Shown here: positions 12,263-24,793 of the stretch, piece after piece | Layout of the letters: each line of letters opens with the position of its first letter | How positions within the stretch are numbered: the stretch's first letter is position 1 | NCBI GenBank assembly: GCA_951406725.2 | Contig: OX597821.1 | Coordinates: forward strand, 56,234,001 to 56,298,000 | DNA length: 64,000 bases | Source: Octopus vulgaris | Taxonomy: Eukaryota | Direction: 5' to 3' | Made by a program: the position numbers and the translations under genes | Notes under the pieces: generated by a model | What the model was told of the DNA's origin: nothing | The model's database searches: none | The model's input: the letters and a program-made list of their open reading frames with translations, nothing else

Positions 12263-14258
12263 ATTTTTATTCTCTCACTGACCTCATTAATCTGAAGTCT
12301 TAACACAGATTGCTTGCATAGTCAAAGCGCCTGTAAGCAAGTCGCAAACCATGAGAGATTGTGTGAAATATCCACTAAACGTATTTTTGAAACTGAGATT
12401 ATAATGACTGTGATTGTAAGAAATGTAATCTAGAGGCGGGAAGCTGGAGGTAAATAGATGTCCAAAGAACGTGAAAATGCGTACTTAACTCGCAAGTAAG
12501 TGACTTAAATGTTGCTAGATAGTGATGATTCCTTTCAAAAATAAAGGAATGGTGTAAGAATAATATTTGAGAGCTTCGGTAGGGAAATAACTTATTGGAA
12601 TATATAATTACAAATTGGTTGAAATCAAGAGCATTTACACTAAATTTCATGTGTTTTAAATATTTATTATATCATCCGTTGGCAGTGTAGCTTTTAATTA
12701 TTTGGTTGCGATTTGATATTAATGCATAAACAGAGAAAAATAAGAGGCACTTGCAAGTTCTTGTGATGGCTCCATACAGGCGTACCATTGCTTGGGTAAT
12801 TTAATTAAATAGATCTGATATATTTTTACTACACTGGCAGTGCCTTATCAAATCAGCAAGTGCGGAACAATTATGACAGTTATAATAACAATAACACTTC
12901 AAACATCATCCCATAAATTATACATTATTAAAATGTAAACAAAGTCTATCTATAAATAAAATGGGAAATAGGTCCCACAGTGACTTCAGTCGCTAGAATA
13001 AGATCCTTGGTACAGAAGACAAATCGTAGCATTTTCAGATTCAAACGAAAGGGTCTAGTTAATGGAATAAGCTGTATTATAATACTAGTAATTCTTTTAG
13101 CGACATTGGATAAATGACAAAGAAAACAGACTTGATTGGTTGTTGAGCTTTCAAATCTATAATTTATAGCACGCGAACTAATGTAATATTTTCGAATTAG
13201 TTTCTTCAATTCATCAGGTATAATCGATTTTAGCATAGATATTATGATGGTTTCATGGTCAATCTGCTCTATTGTTACCGTTTTCTTTCCTTAAATGTTT
13301 TATAAGGGAAGTGATAACAATAATTAAATACGTCCATTAAATAGAAGACATAAGTTATTTTACTTCCGATAATGCACGAAAATATAGACCTCATTTTGAA
13401 TCCCAAGTGTGATTCCATAGTTTCTAGGTTGAGGCTTTTAGCACGCCTGTGCAATTATTCATAATTAATACAAATAGTACGTCACTAAAGAATTTGATTG
13501 AGAGTATGTATATATATATACATGTATACATACATATATACATACATTATACATAAACACATACATACATTAATACACGCATAGATATACATGCATGCAT
13601 ACATACATACATATATATATGTATATATGTATATAGATAAACATATATATGTATATTTATCTATCTATCTATATATATATATATATGTTCATGTATGTAT
13701 ATACACACACACATGTATATATATATATATATATATATCAGAAAGAGAGAGAGAGAGGGAGAGAGGGAGACAGACAGAACAAAAGAGCAAGTATATATAT
13801 ATATATATATATGAAATAACGTTCAGCCATTAGAGAAATACATGTTTGCTGTCAATTACAGTAACCAAAATGTGTATTTAGAGGAAGAAATAATCTATTG
13901 TGATTTTACGTATATTTGTCCATTTGGGAGGCAAGTATTATTCGTGCGCGTCAATGTATTGATCTGTTAAACAACGTAGAACGATCATTTACACTTCCGT
14001 TTAAATCATGTGTAGAATTAATCTGCCGACCGGTTTAACACGAATATCTGTCCATGGTGTGTTCTCAGATGTATCCATTCTATCACAAGTTTTGTGGTCA
14101 GATTACCGCTCTATCCATTCTCGAGGGTCCTGAAGAAGCTGATGGGCGCTGCACCTCCCCCTGACACTAATCCATTAAAAATATATTTAAAAATCACAAC
14201 TGGTGTCTCTACATGAGAGAAGTAGTAAAACGGTAGAGGAGACTCCTTGTTTGCTTAC

Positions 14259-14331
14259 TTACAACGTATACATTCTAGTTTTGTTAGGGTCAATAAAACA
14301 CATATTAGAACTAGCACAGCAGCCCATATAG
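14259..14331 (-). CDS. Candidate TM4 exon of the GPCR (uncertain)
   Basis: Phase 1 to 2 compatible and hydrophobic: (A)IWAAVLVLICVLLTLTKLECIRC, with tandem donors gtaagt/gtaagc. The acceptor (cacgtgcaaatag) is poor and the usual TM4 Pro is absent. Confidence 0.3.
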
Positions 14332-15395
14332 CTATTTGCACGTGGTATCATTGAAGAACTTCATGTAAAATTTTGATTAAACAAACCGTGAAGAGATTTC
14401 CTTATGAGCTTGAAACCAAATCATTTAATTTTTGTTTCTCATACAACCGATCAAGTAACGAACGGAGTACACATGATAAATTTTAATCGATATTTTTGAA
14501 ACAAAAATTATATTAGACATTCCAGAGATGAGAGTAGTAAAAGAGGTACGATATGTGACAAAACGTAAATGCGATGCATTTCGATCCTTCCTTATAGCCA
14601 TTTATTACAATTTGTTACGTTAACAAATTTGGGAAGGGAAAAATATACTTTGCATTCTCGTCTAAAATAAAAATGCTTTCTTCTTTGGAGAAAATTAACA
14701 TGTGTCATACATGCATACGTGAGTACGCATGTATGTCATGCACAGCGACACACATGTGTGCATCTATATGTAAATGCACAATCACTATGCTTGAAATGTT
14801 TAAATTTCAACCTTGTCATTGTTACATTTGTGGTAAAAGAGGATAAGGTGTGTGTGTGAGTACATGTGTGTGTGTGCGTGTATGTGACAGTGCACGTGCG
14901 TGAATGGATCGAATCTGACTTTTAGAATAATGCAAATATTCATAGTAGAGCTTTAAGAGAGGAGAATGGATGAGTCAGTAGGGTATTGAACAAGCAGCTG
15001 AAAAAATCTATGCTCCATATCCTGAACTGACAATTTGTTTTCAAGGACATGAAATTCAGGTCAGTTCATATGGGTCTGCTTAGTACGTTGTCTTATATGT
15101 AAAGTAAGAGGATTATAAATTGGTGAGTGTTTGATTGTCTTGTAATGCTTACTGTGAATATTTCCGGAGAAATTTGTCTGCATTACATTGATGACAACCA
15201 AGTGACAATTTGGTCCAGCAAAATTGGGAGCCCCATGAAACGATTGACGTTCAACAGTGTTGTGACAGCTTTTAAACGTCAGCAACATTCTCAAGATAAT
15301 GTACTATGGATTATTTACTGTTATATTGATTTTTTTTCACTAAGTATTCTTCAACCCATCTGTATGTGTGAATGATAAATTATTTATTTACTCAC

Positions 15396-15546
15396 CCCAA
15401 GCAAAACAGTGATACATGTACATTCGGCGAGGTGGTCGAAAGCAGTTTACAGTCAATTGATGTAAATGTGATGCTTCACAGAACATCCAGAAGTATGTAG
15501 CTGAGTCGAAATAACGATGCAGTATATTCAATGAAACACACTCGAA
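15396..15546 (-). CDS. Class B1 GPCR exon E: TM3, ICL2, start of TM4
   Basis: cattattttag| ... TGG G|gtgagt; 151 nt, phase 0 to 1. Encodes FECVSLNILHRYFDSATYFWMFCEASHLHQLTVNCFRPPRRMYMYHCFAW, matching C...YFxxxxYFWMxxE. Confidence 0.92.
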
Positions 15547-16877
15547 CTAAAATAATGACACAAGAGAAAACGCTTAAGAAAACTAAAATTACATTGCATG
15601 CATTTAGATATAAAGGATAGAAATTTAGAAAGTTAGTCAGTGAACATTTGAGTGGGCTGAAAGCATTTCGTTTGAAGCTTACAACATCGGTTGTGAACTA
15701 CTTGTATATTGTTTTTGAATTGAAATAGCGTATAAATTTAACAAAGGAATCTTATTAATTTATTGAGTAGTAAAATATATTTTCTTTAAAAAAGAATTAT
15801 ATTGGCATGATTAATTTTTTTTTGTTAATTTGCAATAAAATAATTATGATAGCCTGTTCTATGATTAAAGTATACGATTATTACCTTTTATAACGCAGTT
15901 AACGTAGTGAGCCAACATATTTAAATTAGTTATATTTTAAGAGAACAAAGAGAAAACAAAATCATTAGTTTAATGAATAATTCTGGTCAAAGAAGATAAG
16001 GCAGACAACTTCAGCATTTGAAATAAGCAAGATTTATTAAAACACTGAGTGTCGATATGCAGTAGGGAGAGAGTCTGATCTTTGGCAATAAGGAGACAAG
16101 TTCGGCCATGTTTCAATATTATTAGAATTTTTCAATGAATTTTTATTAGTATTGACTTGATAGGAACTTACACGGTCTTTTTTTTCAAAAAAGGGAAGAG
16201 ATTTGGCTGCTGTTTCTAACAAATACTGCTGCCATGTAGTGTCTGTATTATAGACTTGTTTATATGTGCGAATTTCGTATGGTACACTTACAGTATAATC
16301 TTGGTGGGCATACAGCCCACGATGAAAATGTTAGTTTATTAAAAACCTCCCTAGTCTTTCCTAAGCACAAATTGTATGAGGAAGCGTTGTACAGTGGAAT
16401 GGAGAATACATTATCCCACATGTCTTCAGATAAGAGGTTTTCAACTTACACCTTACTCCTAAAACACCACAGAAAATTAAAGCAGAATTTGTCGCTAAAT
16501 ACACTCTGATCATGATGCAAACGTAACAGTCATTTGAAAACGCCCAATATTAGTAGGAAAAGTAGACGCAGGCCTTTTATCATCTCCTATACAAAAAATT
16601 ATATAAAGTGGAACCAATGTTTATAATACTGTAGTTCAAGTATAAAAGACAAAAATTGTAGGAAACCGAAAGAAGCAACCCATTTTCTAATTTACTTTGA
16701 TTCTATTTCAATTTACTTCAACAACTTCTCCATCATGTACAGCAATAAGACTCTGGATAGTGCATGGTAAACATATGATATTTCATAGAAATACTGAATT
16801 TAATAAAATGTGTTATAATTAGTTCAAACAATAATTATTGAACATGCGTTTCGTTGAAGATATGGAATCGAACTAAC

Positions 16878-17025
16878 GTTGTCTTTGGTAGAACTAGATC
16901 GTTTTGGATTGGTAAGATTCTGATATGTGAAGATTGTGTTGATGAGAAAAAGCATCACACTAGCCAGGAAGAGTGACGTGAAGAAACTGATGTGAATCAT
17001 AATTATCATCTCTCGTCGAAGAAAT
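16878..17025 (-). CDS. Class B1 GPCR exon D: ICL1, TM2, ECL1
   Basis: tcttgttttacag| ... AAC|gttagt; 148 nt, phase 2 to 0. Encodes (K)FLRREMIIMIHISFFTSLFLASVMLFLINTIFTYQNLTNPKRSSSTKDN, with the conserved TM2 His. Confidence 0.88.
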
Positions 17026-17109
17026 CTGTAAAACAAGAAAAAAGAAAGAGAAATATATAAACGGTGTGGAAATATCATTTAAATTTACATGTAATATGAA
17101 GCACTAATT

Positions 17110-17410
17110 CCACCTGGGTTGACTTTGCCTTTCATAATTTCGAAGTCGATAAAATAAATACCAGTTGAGCTCTAGAGCCGAGGTAATCCACTTAACCCCT
17201 TTCCGAAAATACTGACCTTGTGACAAAAATTTGAACCCAATATTATATTATAGTTAAGATAAGCGAGCTGACAAGATCGTTAGCAAAATGCATAGCAGCA
17301 TGTTGTTCGTCTTCATGTTCTGAATACCATGGAGGTCGACTTTCGGATGGTCGATGTAATCGACTTCCTCCTTTCTTGAACTTACTGGTCATGTGCCAAC
17401 ATTTTAACTC
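17110..17410 (+). mobile_element. Two degenerate SINE family A fragments just upstream of the exon D acceptor
   Basis: gactttgcctttcataatttcgaagtcgataaaataaatacc, then gcgagctgac...gaggtcgacttt. Confidence 0.6.
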
Positions 17411-19239
17411 AATATTGTATTATAGAATGCAAGTATTGGATTGAAAAGACCTTTTGGGTAGAAAAAGTGGAAAGACGTGGAACTGAAACCCAAATCTCTT
17501 ATGAACATAACAGGCTTTCTGCCATTAGACCAAAGAAATCCTTCGAAATTCTCAGTCCATTTTCGAGATTTCCCATACTTGTGCGACTATGAGTAATTTT
17601 TACTATTTTATGCATATCGTATTTCCTACTATCATCCTAATATTACTGTAGAAATATATTCATTTGGAACATTCATTAACTTTGATGTGAGTAATACTGT
17701 ATCAAAGAAGCAGGTTCGAACTTGCAGATGAGATTTTACTTTGTCAACTGAGTTTAACTGAAATATCATCCCTTTAGAAAACAAAATGTTTCTGTTGAGT
17801 TCCATTCAAGGTCTGAGATTTTAGAATCGATAATGTATTATGGCTGAGTATCAAATAAACACGTTCGGTGTCAATCAGTCAATGTCTTTTCTCTGCTACC
17901 TCGCTTGTTACTGAAATGATTTCTGCTACTCTGTACTTGTTGAAGCTATGCCATCCTCATCTTATGAAGCAATTTCTCTACCTCTCATTATTCACTACTC
18001 TCTTTTCTTTTCAAAATTTCTGCATTAAATACTTGACACCCACATTCTTTCCTTTCTATCTACTGAAAATAACCAACAAAGCAAGTATTGTCTTCAGTTC
18101 TTGGACTCATAAGGCTGATTACCTAATTTCCATAGTATATAACTAACTCAGATCACAACATTTCCTCTGAATGAGATATCAGACTGTCAGACTGCGACGC
18201 GGTTATTCGCTTATAGTTGAGTGGACTGGATCAATATGAAATGAAGCGTTTTGCTGAAAAAGACAATGCACTCAACCTTGGAATCAAAATCATGATCACA
18301 ACATCTTAATCACTAGGCCGTGTGCCTTCATTGAATAACCAATAACAAGTTCTTAAAATATAGACATGCAACAATTCTAATTTCTCTAGCTAGATTTCTC
18401 TAAAGGAGTACTTTAAAAAAGCTATGAGGGTTGCTACTCCTGCTAGTGGTTAAAATTTATTTTAACCACAACCATATTATCTTCTAAAAAGAAAAAACAA
18501 ATATAAAGCAACACTATATTTAATAAAACATTAGAGTGTAGACAATGGCAAAGTGAACTAGGTGCAAGCATACATGACCGTGTGAATGTTATGTTACAAT
18601 GAATTGTTGCTGTGAGCATAGTGTCGTACATTTACATGTCTATGACCCTAAATTTTGTTTAGTTTATATCATCTCTTTGGTCAAAATCCTTTGTGATTAA
18701 CGCAAAAAAGTCTATTCATAAACAGCACACTAAAAGAGTATCTAAGGAAAATATTCATTAAAATAACATTAACTATTCTAGAGTTTTTTTTTATCTCTGG
18801 TTACGGTCAAATACTTTGGACAGATACATTTTCATGCACATATACATATGATAATGCTTGAATTTTCTAAGAAAAAGCACCAAATTTTGAGTTCTCTATG
18901 TTCAATGTACAAGCAATACAGTAAACATTTGTAAGACATTCCAAAGTTTCTCCATTTGGGATTCTTTAAATGAATATATGCGCGCAGATGGTGTATGTAT
19001 TTACAAGACACATATGAAAAAAGTAATCAAGCATGCACTTACACATACACACGCACAAACGTTTAGCTACCAAAGACACATGTTCACAAAGAATATAAGG
19101 GAAAGAGCATGCACCTATATTTATATGCAGACACTAAATGAGGCACATATTTTCCAAAGCCTGGGAGCTGTGATAACTCGCTAAGTTTTGGCATCTATAG
19201 ATGGATGCATAGATGGACGGTCAGACAGACAGACAGACG

Positions 19240-19377
<138 letters not shown>

Positions 19378-19789
19378 CAGGTATGCTTATGTAAACCTAT
19401 TGCTTCTTTACCTCCACCCGCCATCTAGAGGTTACGTTTGTATATTACAATGTATGTACGAGTGTTTCTGTGTGTTTTTGTGTAAAGGTTGTCCTGTATT
19501 AAGCCTCCTTCAACTATGTAACTATTATTATCTTATTACCCTTTCACTGACTGTTAATTCCAGAGTTCCTCACTCGACTTGAAACTCTTATCATTCTCTT
19601 TTAATAATCTCTTTCCGTCTCTCTGTACAATGCAAAGCGTGACTGGAGAATTAAATAACCATAACCAACCCGCACTCATATCGGTTATTATGCTATATTA
19701 TGTTATTATGTTATCTGGGGACCAGGCTCTTAGGAAAAGTTTGAAGAGAGTTAACACCTCAGAATTAAACAGCAGATGCAAATGGAATA

Positions 19790-21572
19790 CAAAGCCAAAT
19801 ACTGAGATGTCAAATTAAGTACAAGATCAGACAAACGTAAATGGGTAGAGAACTTGGCAAACAATGCTGAAAGAGCAGCTAAGAATGGTCAAATGAAAAC
19901 ACTATATGAAATAACCAGAATAATATGTAATGAAAAACCACGTCAACCATCAAGTGGTATAAAGAATAAACAGGGTAAAATCATAACAGATGACAAGGAA
20001 AAAAAGACAAGATGAAAAGAACATTTTGAAGAAATATTAAGTAGAGGCACCACCCCACCCAATCCAGTGGACATTGAAAATATTATAATTTCAGGGGTGG
20101 AGACCATTGACACCAGCCCTGCAAGCAAAACAGAAATCAAGGATGTAATCAGAAGATTATAAAATGGGAAATAAGGAGGAGTTGATATGATAACACCAGA
20201 GATATTGAAGACAGACATTGAAACATCCACAGACAAACTGCACAGTATTATAAATGATATTTGGGATCAAGCGACAATACCCCATGACCGGAAGAAAAGA
20301 CTGATTGTCAAGTTAACAAAGAAAGGAGATCTATCAGAATGTGGAAACTTTATTTACAGCAAATAAAGTGCTAGGAAGAATCATAATTAACAGGATCCAA
20401 ATCGGTATTAATAACAATAATATTAGAACAAGCAGGCTTCCTCGAAGGTAAAAATACCACCCAAGAAATATTCATCTTGAGAAACATTATTGAACAGTGT
20501 TTAGAATGGCAATCTTCATTGTATATAAACTTCATCGATTTTGAAAAAGCTTTCGATTCAGTTCATAGGGATAGTTTATGGGAAATCATGATGCAGTATG
20601 GCGCACCAAGCAAAATTATCAACATAGTCAAATTAATGTACAAAGATGGTGAATTTGCAACACTGAACGATGGTAAAATGACAGAATGGTTCCATGTAAA
20701 GACAGGCGTAAAACAATGCTGCGTTATATCTGGATTGTTGTTTCTACTCGTCATAGAATGGGTGATGTGGAAGACCAGCATAAATAACAACACTGGGATA
20801 AGACGGTAAAGATCTGGACTATGTTGACGACATTGCTTTGCTGTCTTCCAGCCAATCGCCGATTCAGCAGAAAAACCAACAAAATGTCAAGTCTTGCAAA
20901 GAGAGTGGGATTAAAGATCAATGAGAAGATTAAGATCTTGCGATTGAACAACAAGATTAAAAGGACATTGAAAACGTGGATGAGTTCACCTATCTAGGTG
21001 CAATTGTCAGTAAAGAAGGTGGTGGAGGGAGAGAGATGATAAGCAGAATCAATAGAGCCAGAAGTGCTTTTAGCAAATTTGGACAAAGTATAGCGACCAA
21101 AATAATTTGGAAGGGATACAAAAATCAAACTCTATAAAACGCTAGTAAGACCTGTACTTCATTATGGCTGTGAAAATTGTACAATGAACAATAGTGATGA
21201 GAGAAAAATGGATTCTTTTCAGTACAAAGGCCTGAAGAAAATAATGCGGATAGGATGGCCAAACATCATATCAATGGATGAACTCAACAAAACTACCCAA
21301 GCTTCCAGGATAAGCTAAAAATTAAAAAGGAAAGGATGGAATTAGATTGGACATGTATTGAGAAAGGAGCACAATAATTATTACACGATTGCTTTGATTT
21401 GGCAACCTGAGGAGAAGAGAAAAGTTTGTAGACCAAAAACCACACGGAGAAGGATAGTGGTAAAGGAATCAAACTCGATGGTCATCATGGAATGCGGCAA
21501 AAAGAAATTGCAAAAGGGAGGGTTAAATGGAAAACGAGAGTGGAGTTCTTGCCCGCGAGCTGACACGAAGAG
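19790..21572 (+). mobile_element. RTE-clade LINE, 5'-truncated, decayed RT
   Basis: YINFIDFEKAFDSVHRDSLW, GVKQCCVISGLLF, DLDYVDDIALL, FTYLG and IGHVLRK motifs with stops and frameshifts; followed by (TAGA)n. Confidence 0.9.
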
Positions 21573-21619
21573 GATAGATAGATAGATAGATAGATATATA
21601 GATAGATAGATAGATAGAT

Positions 21620-21689
<70 letters not shown>

Positions 21690-21949
21690 TACACACACAC
21701 ACAAACACATACACAGATATATATTCATATAAAAATTTACAAAACAAGATAGAATGGACAGATTTTAACTACTAAGCGCAACGATTATTTCTGTGCATCG
21801 GTAACAACTGTTAGTTGCTGAGTTTTCCGTATCATACTGTTATATACACAAATATGATCCAGCAGTAGTTGTGTAACCGCAACTCATTAGGGGAGTAACT
21901 TTGAGAGAACTGCTGGATTACGCCAAGTTTCCCAGTGTTTTATACCATA

Positions 21950-22355
21950 GGCGCAGGAGTGGCTGTGTGGTAAGTAGCTTGCTAACCAACTACATGGTTC
22001 CGGGTTCAGTCCCACTGCGTGGCATCTTGGGCGACTGTCTTCTGCTATAGCCCCGGGCCGACCAATGCCTTGTGAGTGGATTTGGTAGACGGAAACTGAA
22101 AGAAGCCTGTCGTATATATGTATATATATATATGTATGTGTGTGTTTGTGTGTCTGTGTTTGTCCCCCTAGCATTGCTTGACAACCGATGCTGGTGTGTT
22201 TACGTCCCTGTCACTTAGCGGTTCGGCAAAAGAGACCAATAGAATGAGTACTGGGCTTACAAAGAATAAGTCCCGGGGTCGATTTGCTCGACTAAAGGCG
22301 GTGCTCCAGCATGGCCGCAGTCAAATGACTGAAACATGTAAAAGAGTAAGAGAGT
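21950..22355 (+). mobile_element. SINE family B, full length
   Basis: ggcgcaggagtggctgtgtggtaag (A box), gggttcagtccc (B box), internal (TA)/(TG) microsatellite, aaaagagt tail. Confidence 0.9.
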
Positions 22356-22783
22356 GTAACACATAGACCCAGACAGACATGAGTTATAAAAATACCAAAA
22401 AAGAAAAAAGAAAAAAAAAGAATTACAAAAGAAATAGACCAAAATTATCGATGGAAATGAAATAATCAAAATTATAAATATATATTAAACATACCTAAAA
22501 TGCGATATTTTTTTTTTTAGCGTAAACATGTCTCACCTTTTATGTTGATAGATTTAACATTCTAAGATGTTAAGAAAAGAAAATATTTTTTCTTCAAAGG
22601 ACGCGTGGTCACCTTATCCCAAATAGCCCGCTAGGCTACTCGTAAAACTTCAGCTGTTTTGCTTCCCATCACAGTCGCTCAATCAGTCATTAATTGAGGT
22701 AAACGCACAGAAAGAGATTAATTCACCTGCACTCACATGCACGCATATAATCATTCACACGGTGTATACGTAGAAACAATTAA

Positions 22784-22855
<72 letters not shown>

Positions 22856-22966
22856 GGGCACGAATATACACTCATTTATACATTTATATCTCAATATTTC
22901 TTAGGCACATGCTTACATACCCACATTCGCAACCATGTACATGGACACATATATACACACATATAA

Positions 22967-23435
22967 GGCGGCGAGCTGGCAGGAACGTTAGCACGCTGGA
23001 CGAAATGCTCAGCAGTCGCTACGTTCTGAGTTCAAATTCCGCCGAGGTCGACTTTGCCTTTCATCCTTTCGGAGTCGATAAATAATGTACCAATTACTCA
23101 CTGGGGTCGATATATATTTCTTTACTACTCACAAGGGGCTAAACACAGAGGGGACAAACAAGGACAGACAAAGGGATTAAGTCGATTACATCGACCCCAG
23201 TGCGTAACTGGCACTTAATTTATCGACCCCGAAAGGATGAAAGGCAAAGTCGACCTCGGCGGAATTTGAACTCGGAACGCAACGACAGACGAAATACGGC
23301 TACGAATTTCGCCCGGCATGCTAACGTTTCTGCCAGCTCGCCGCCTTCGACTGGGGTCGATATAGTTGACTTAATCCCTTAGTCTGTCTTTGTTTGTCCC
23401 GTCTATGTTTAGCCCCTTGTGGGCAATAAAGAAAT
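22967..23435 (+). mobile_element. SINE family A (Meta/MESC-like core) interrupted by a nested antisense copy
   Basis: ggcggcgagctggc...gttctgagttcaaattccgccgaggtcgactttgcctttcatcctttcgg; the 3' part resumes after 23350. Confidence 0.9.
23115..23349 (-). mobile_element. Full-length SINE family A inserted antisense into a same-family copy, 15-bp TSD
   Basis: TSD actggggtcgatata at 23100-23114 and 23350-23364. Confidence 0.9.
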
Positions 23436-24130
23436 ATATATATATACACATAATACTGACGATACATCTCGCTTCATTGCGTTAGGAGAAATCAATAGTT
23501 TCCTCTCCCACGCATTCCTTAAACACTTTTACATATTCGTTTATTTCTCACTAATGTATATATATATATATATATACATACCCACATATATTCATCTAAA
23601 TATGCTCTCATTTTTGTCCTCAGTCATGTACATCTCTCCATGTCACTCGACCAATCATTTTCTACTTATGCTATTATATTACATCACGGTAGATATGTCT
23701 ATTCTACAGTCATTTTAAACTCTCCTAAACTACCGTATCGAACAGATCAATTATTATGGTATTATACAACTTAGGTGGGCAGCAAGGTAATTTAAACATA
23801 CAAATAATGGTACTGAAAAATTATAATAGCATTTTCGTGTTAATGACGGACATGATTATAGATGCATATAAAGTATTTAAATTTTTGCACAATAAAATCA
23901 CCAAAATTATAAGTAGATTTTTGAGTAAATAGAGGAGTGATATCATATTGAATATTATATATTCTTTGTAAATTCCAGTATATCTACCACCCCCACACAC
24001 ACACACATTTACACAAGCCCATATACACACACACACTACGACTTTGAAGCCAGAGTGCTTTATTTTAGATTGTAGCGTACAGGATGTTTTAACTGGGAGA
24101 CGGCATGGCTACTTCCCGAAACAAGAGAGT

Positions 24131-24161
<31 letters not shown>

Positions 24162-24741
24162 TATGTTATGTATATTCATATACAGAAACGTATAGACGCG
24201 CGCACACAAATACACGTGCATGTATATATATATATGTACATGAGCACTTGTCAGTGTATATATATCTATCTATCAATATATCGATCTATCTACATACTAC
24301 CCTCACACAAAAACACTCACTCATGCATATATACACACACACGCTCACTCACACACACACACACGAACACACGCAGAAGCGTGACTGGAAAAGATTATAT
24401 TTTAGCCACAATATTTCTAAATTCGTAACATGTAGTTAACTTTTAATGCTCATTTCTATATTGGTATTTTTGCTAAAATATATTAAACGCTTTTATTCAA
24501 TAATTGAACACATATACACACCAAACATTCATTTTGTTTTATGTGTTTGTATGTACACCTTCGCGCTTGTGTGTGTGTAGATGTACATACACACATTTGC
24601 ATGTGTATATATACCAACACCTTACGCACATAGTAGGCACACATACACGCTCATACATATATACGCACACTATACATACATATATATGCATATGTGTAAT
24701 TGTATGTATGCACGCCATGCGCGTGTAAACCAGTGTGTATG

Positions 24742-24793
<52 letters not shown>

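Noticed and set aside
14620-14661. Minus-strand acceptor followed by DENAKYIFPFPNLL, reminiscent of the TM5 PNLL motif
   Set aside because: Lacks the ECL2 CW motif, hits a stop straight away, has only a weak donor, and no TM4 exon precedes it.
15127-15375. Plus-strand ORF containing LHYIDD (RT-like)
   Set aside because: No other RT motifs nearby; could be chance or an unrecognisable relic.
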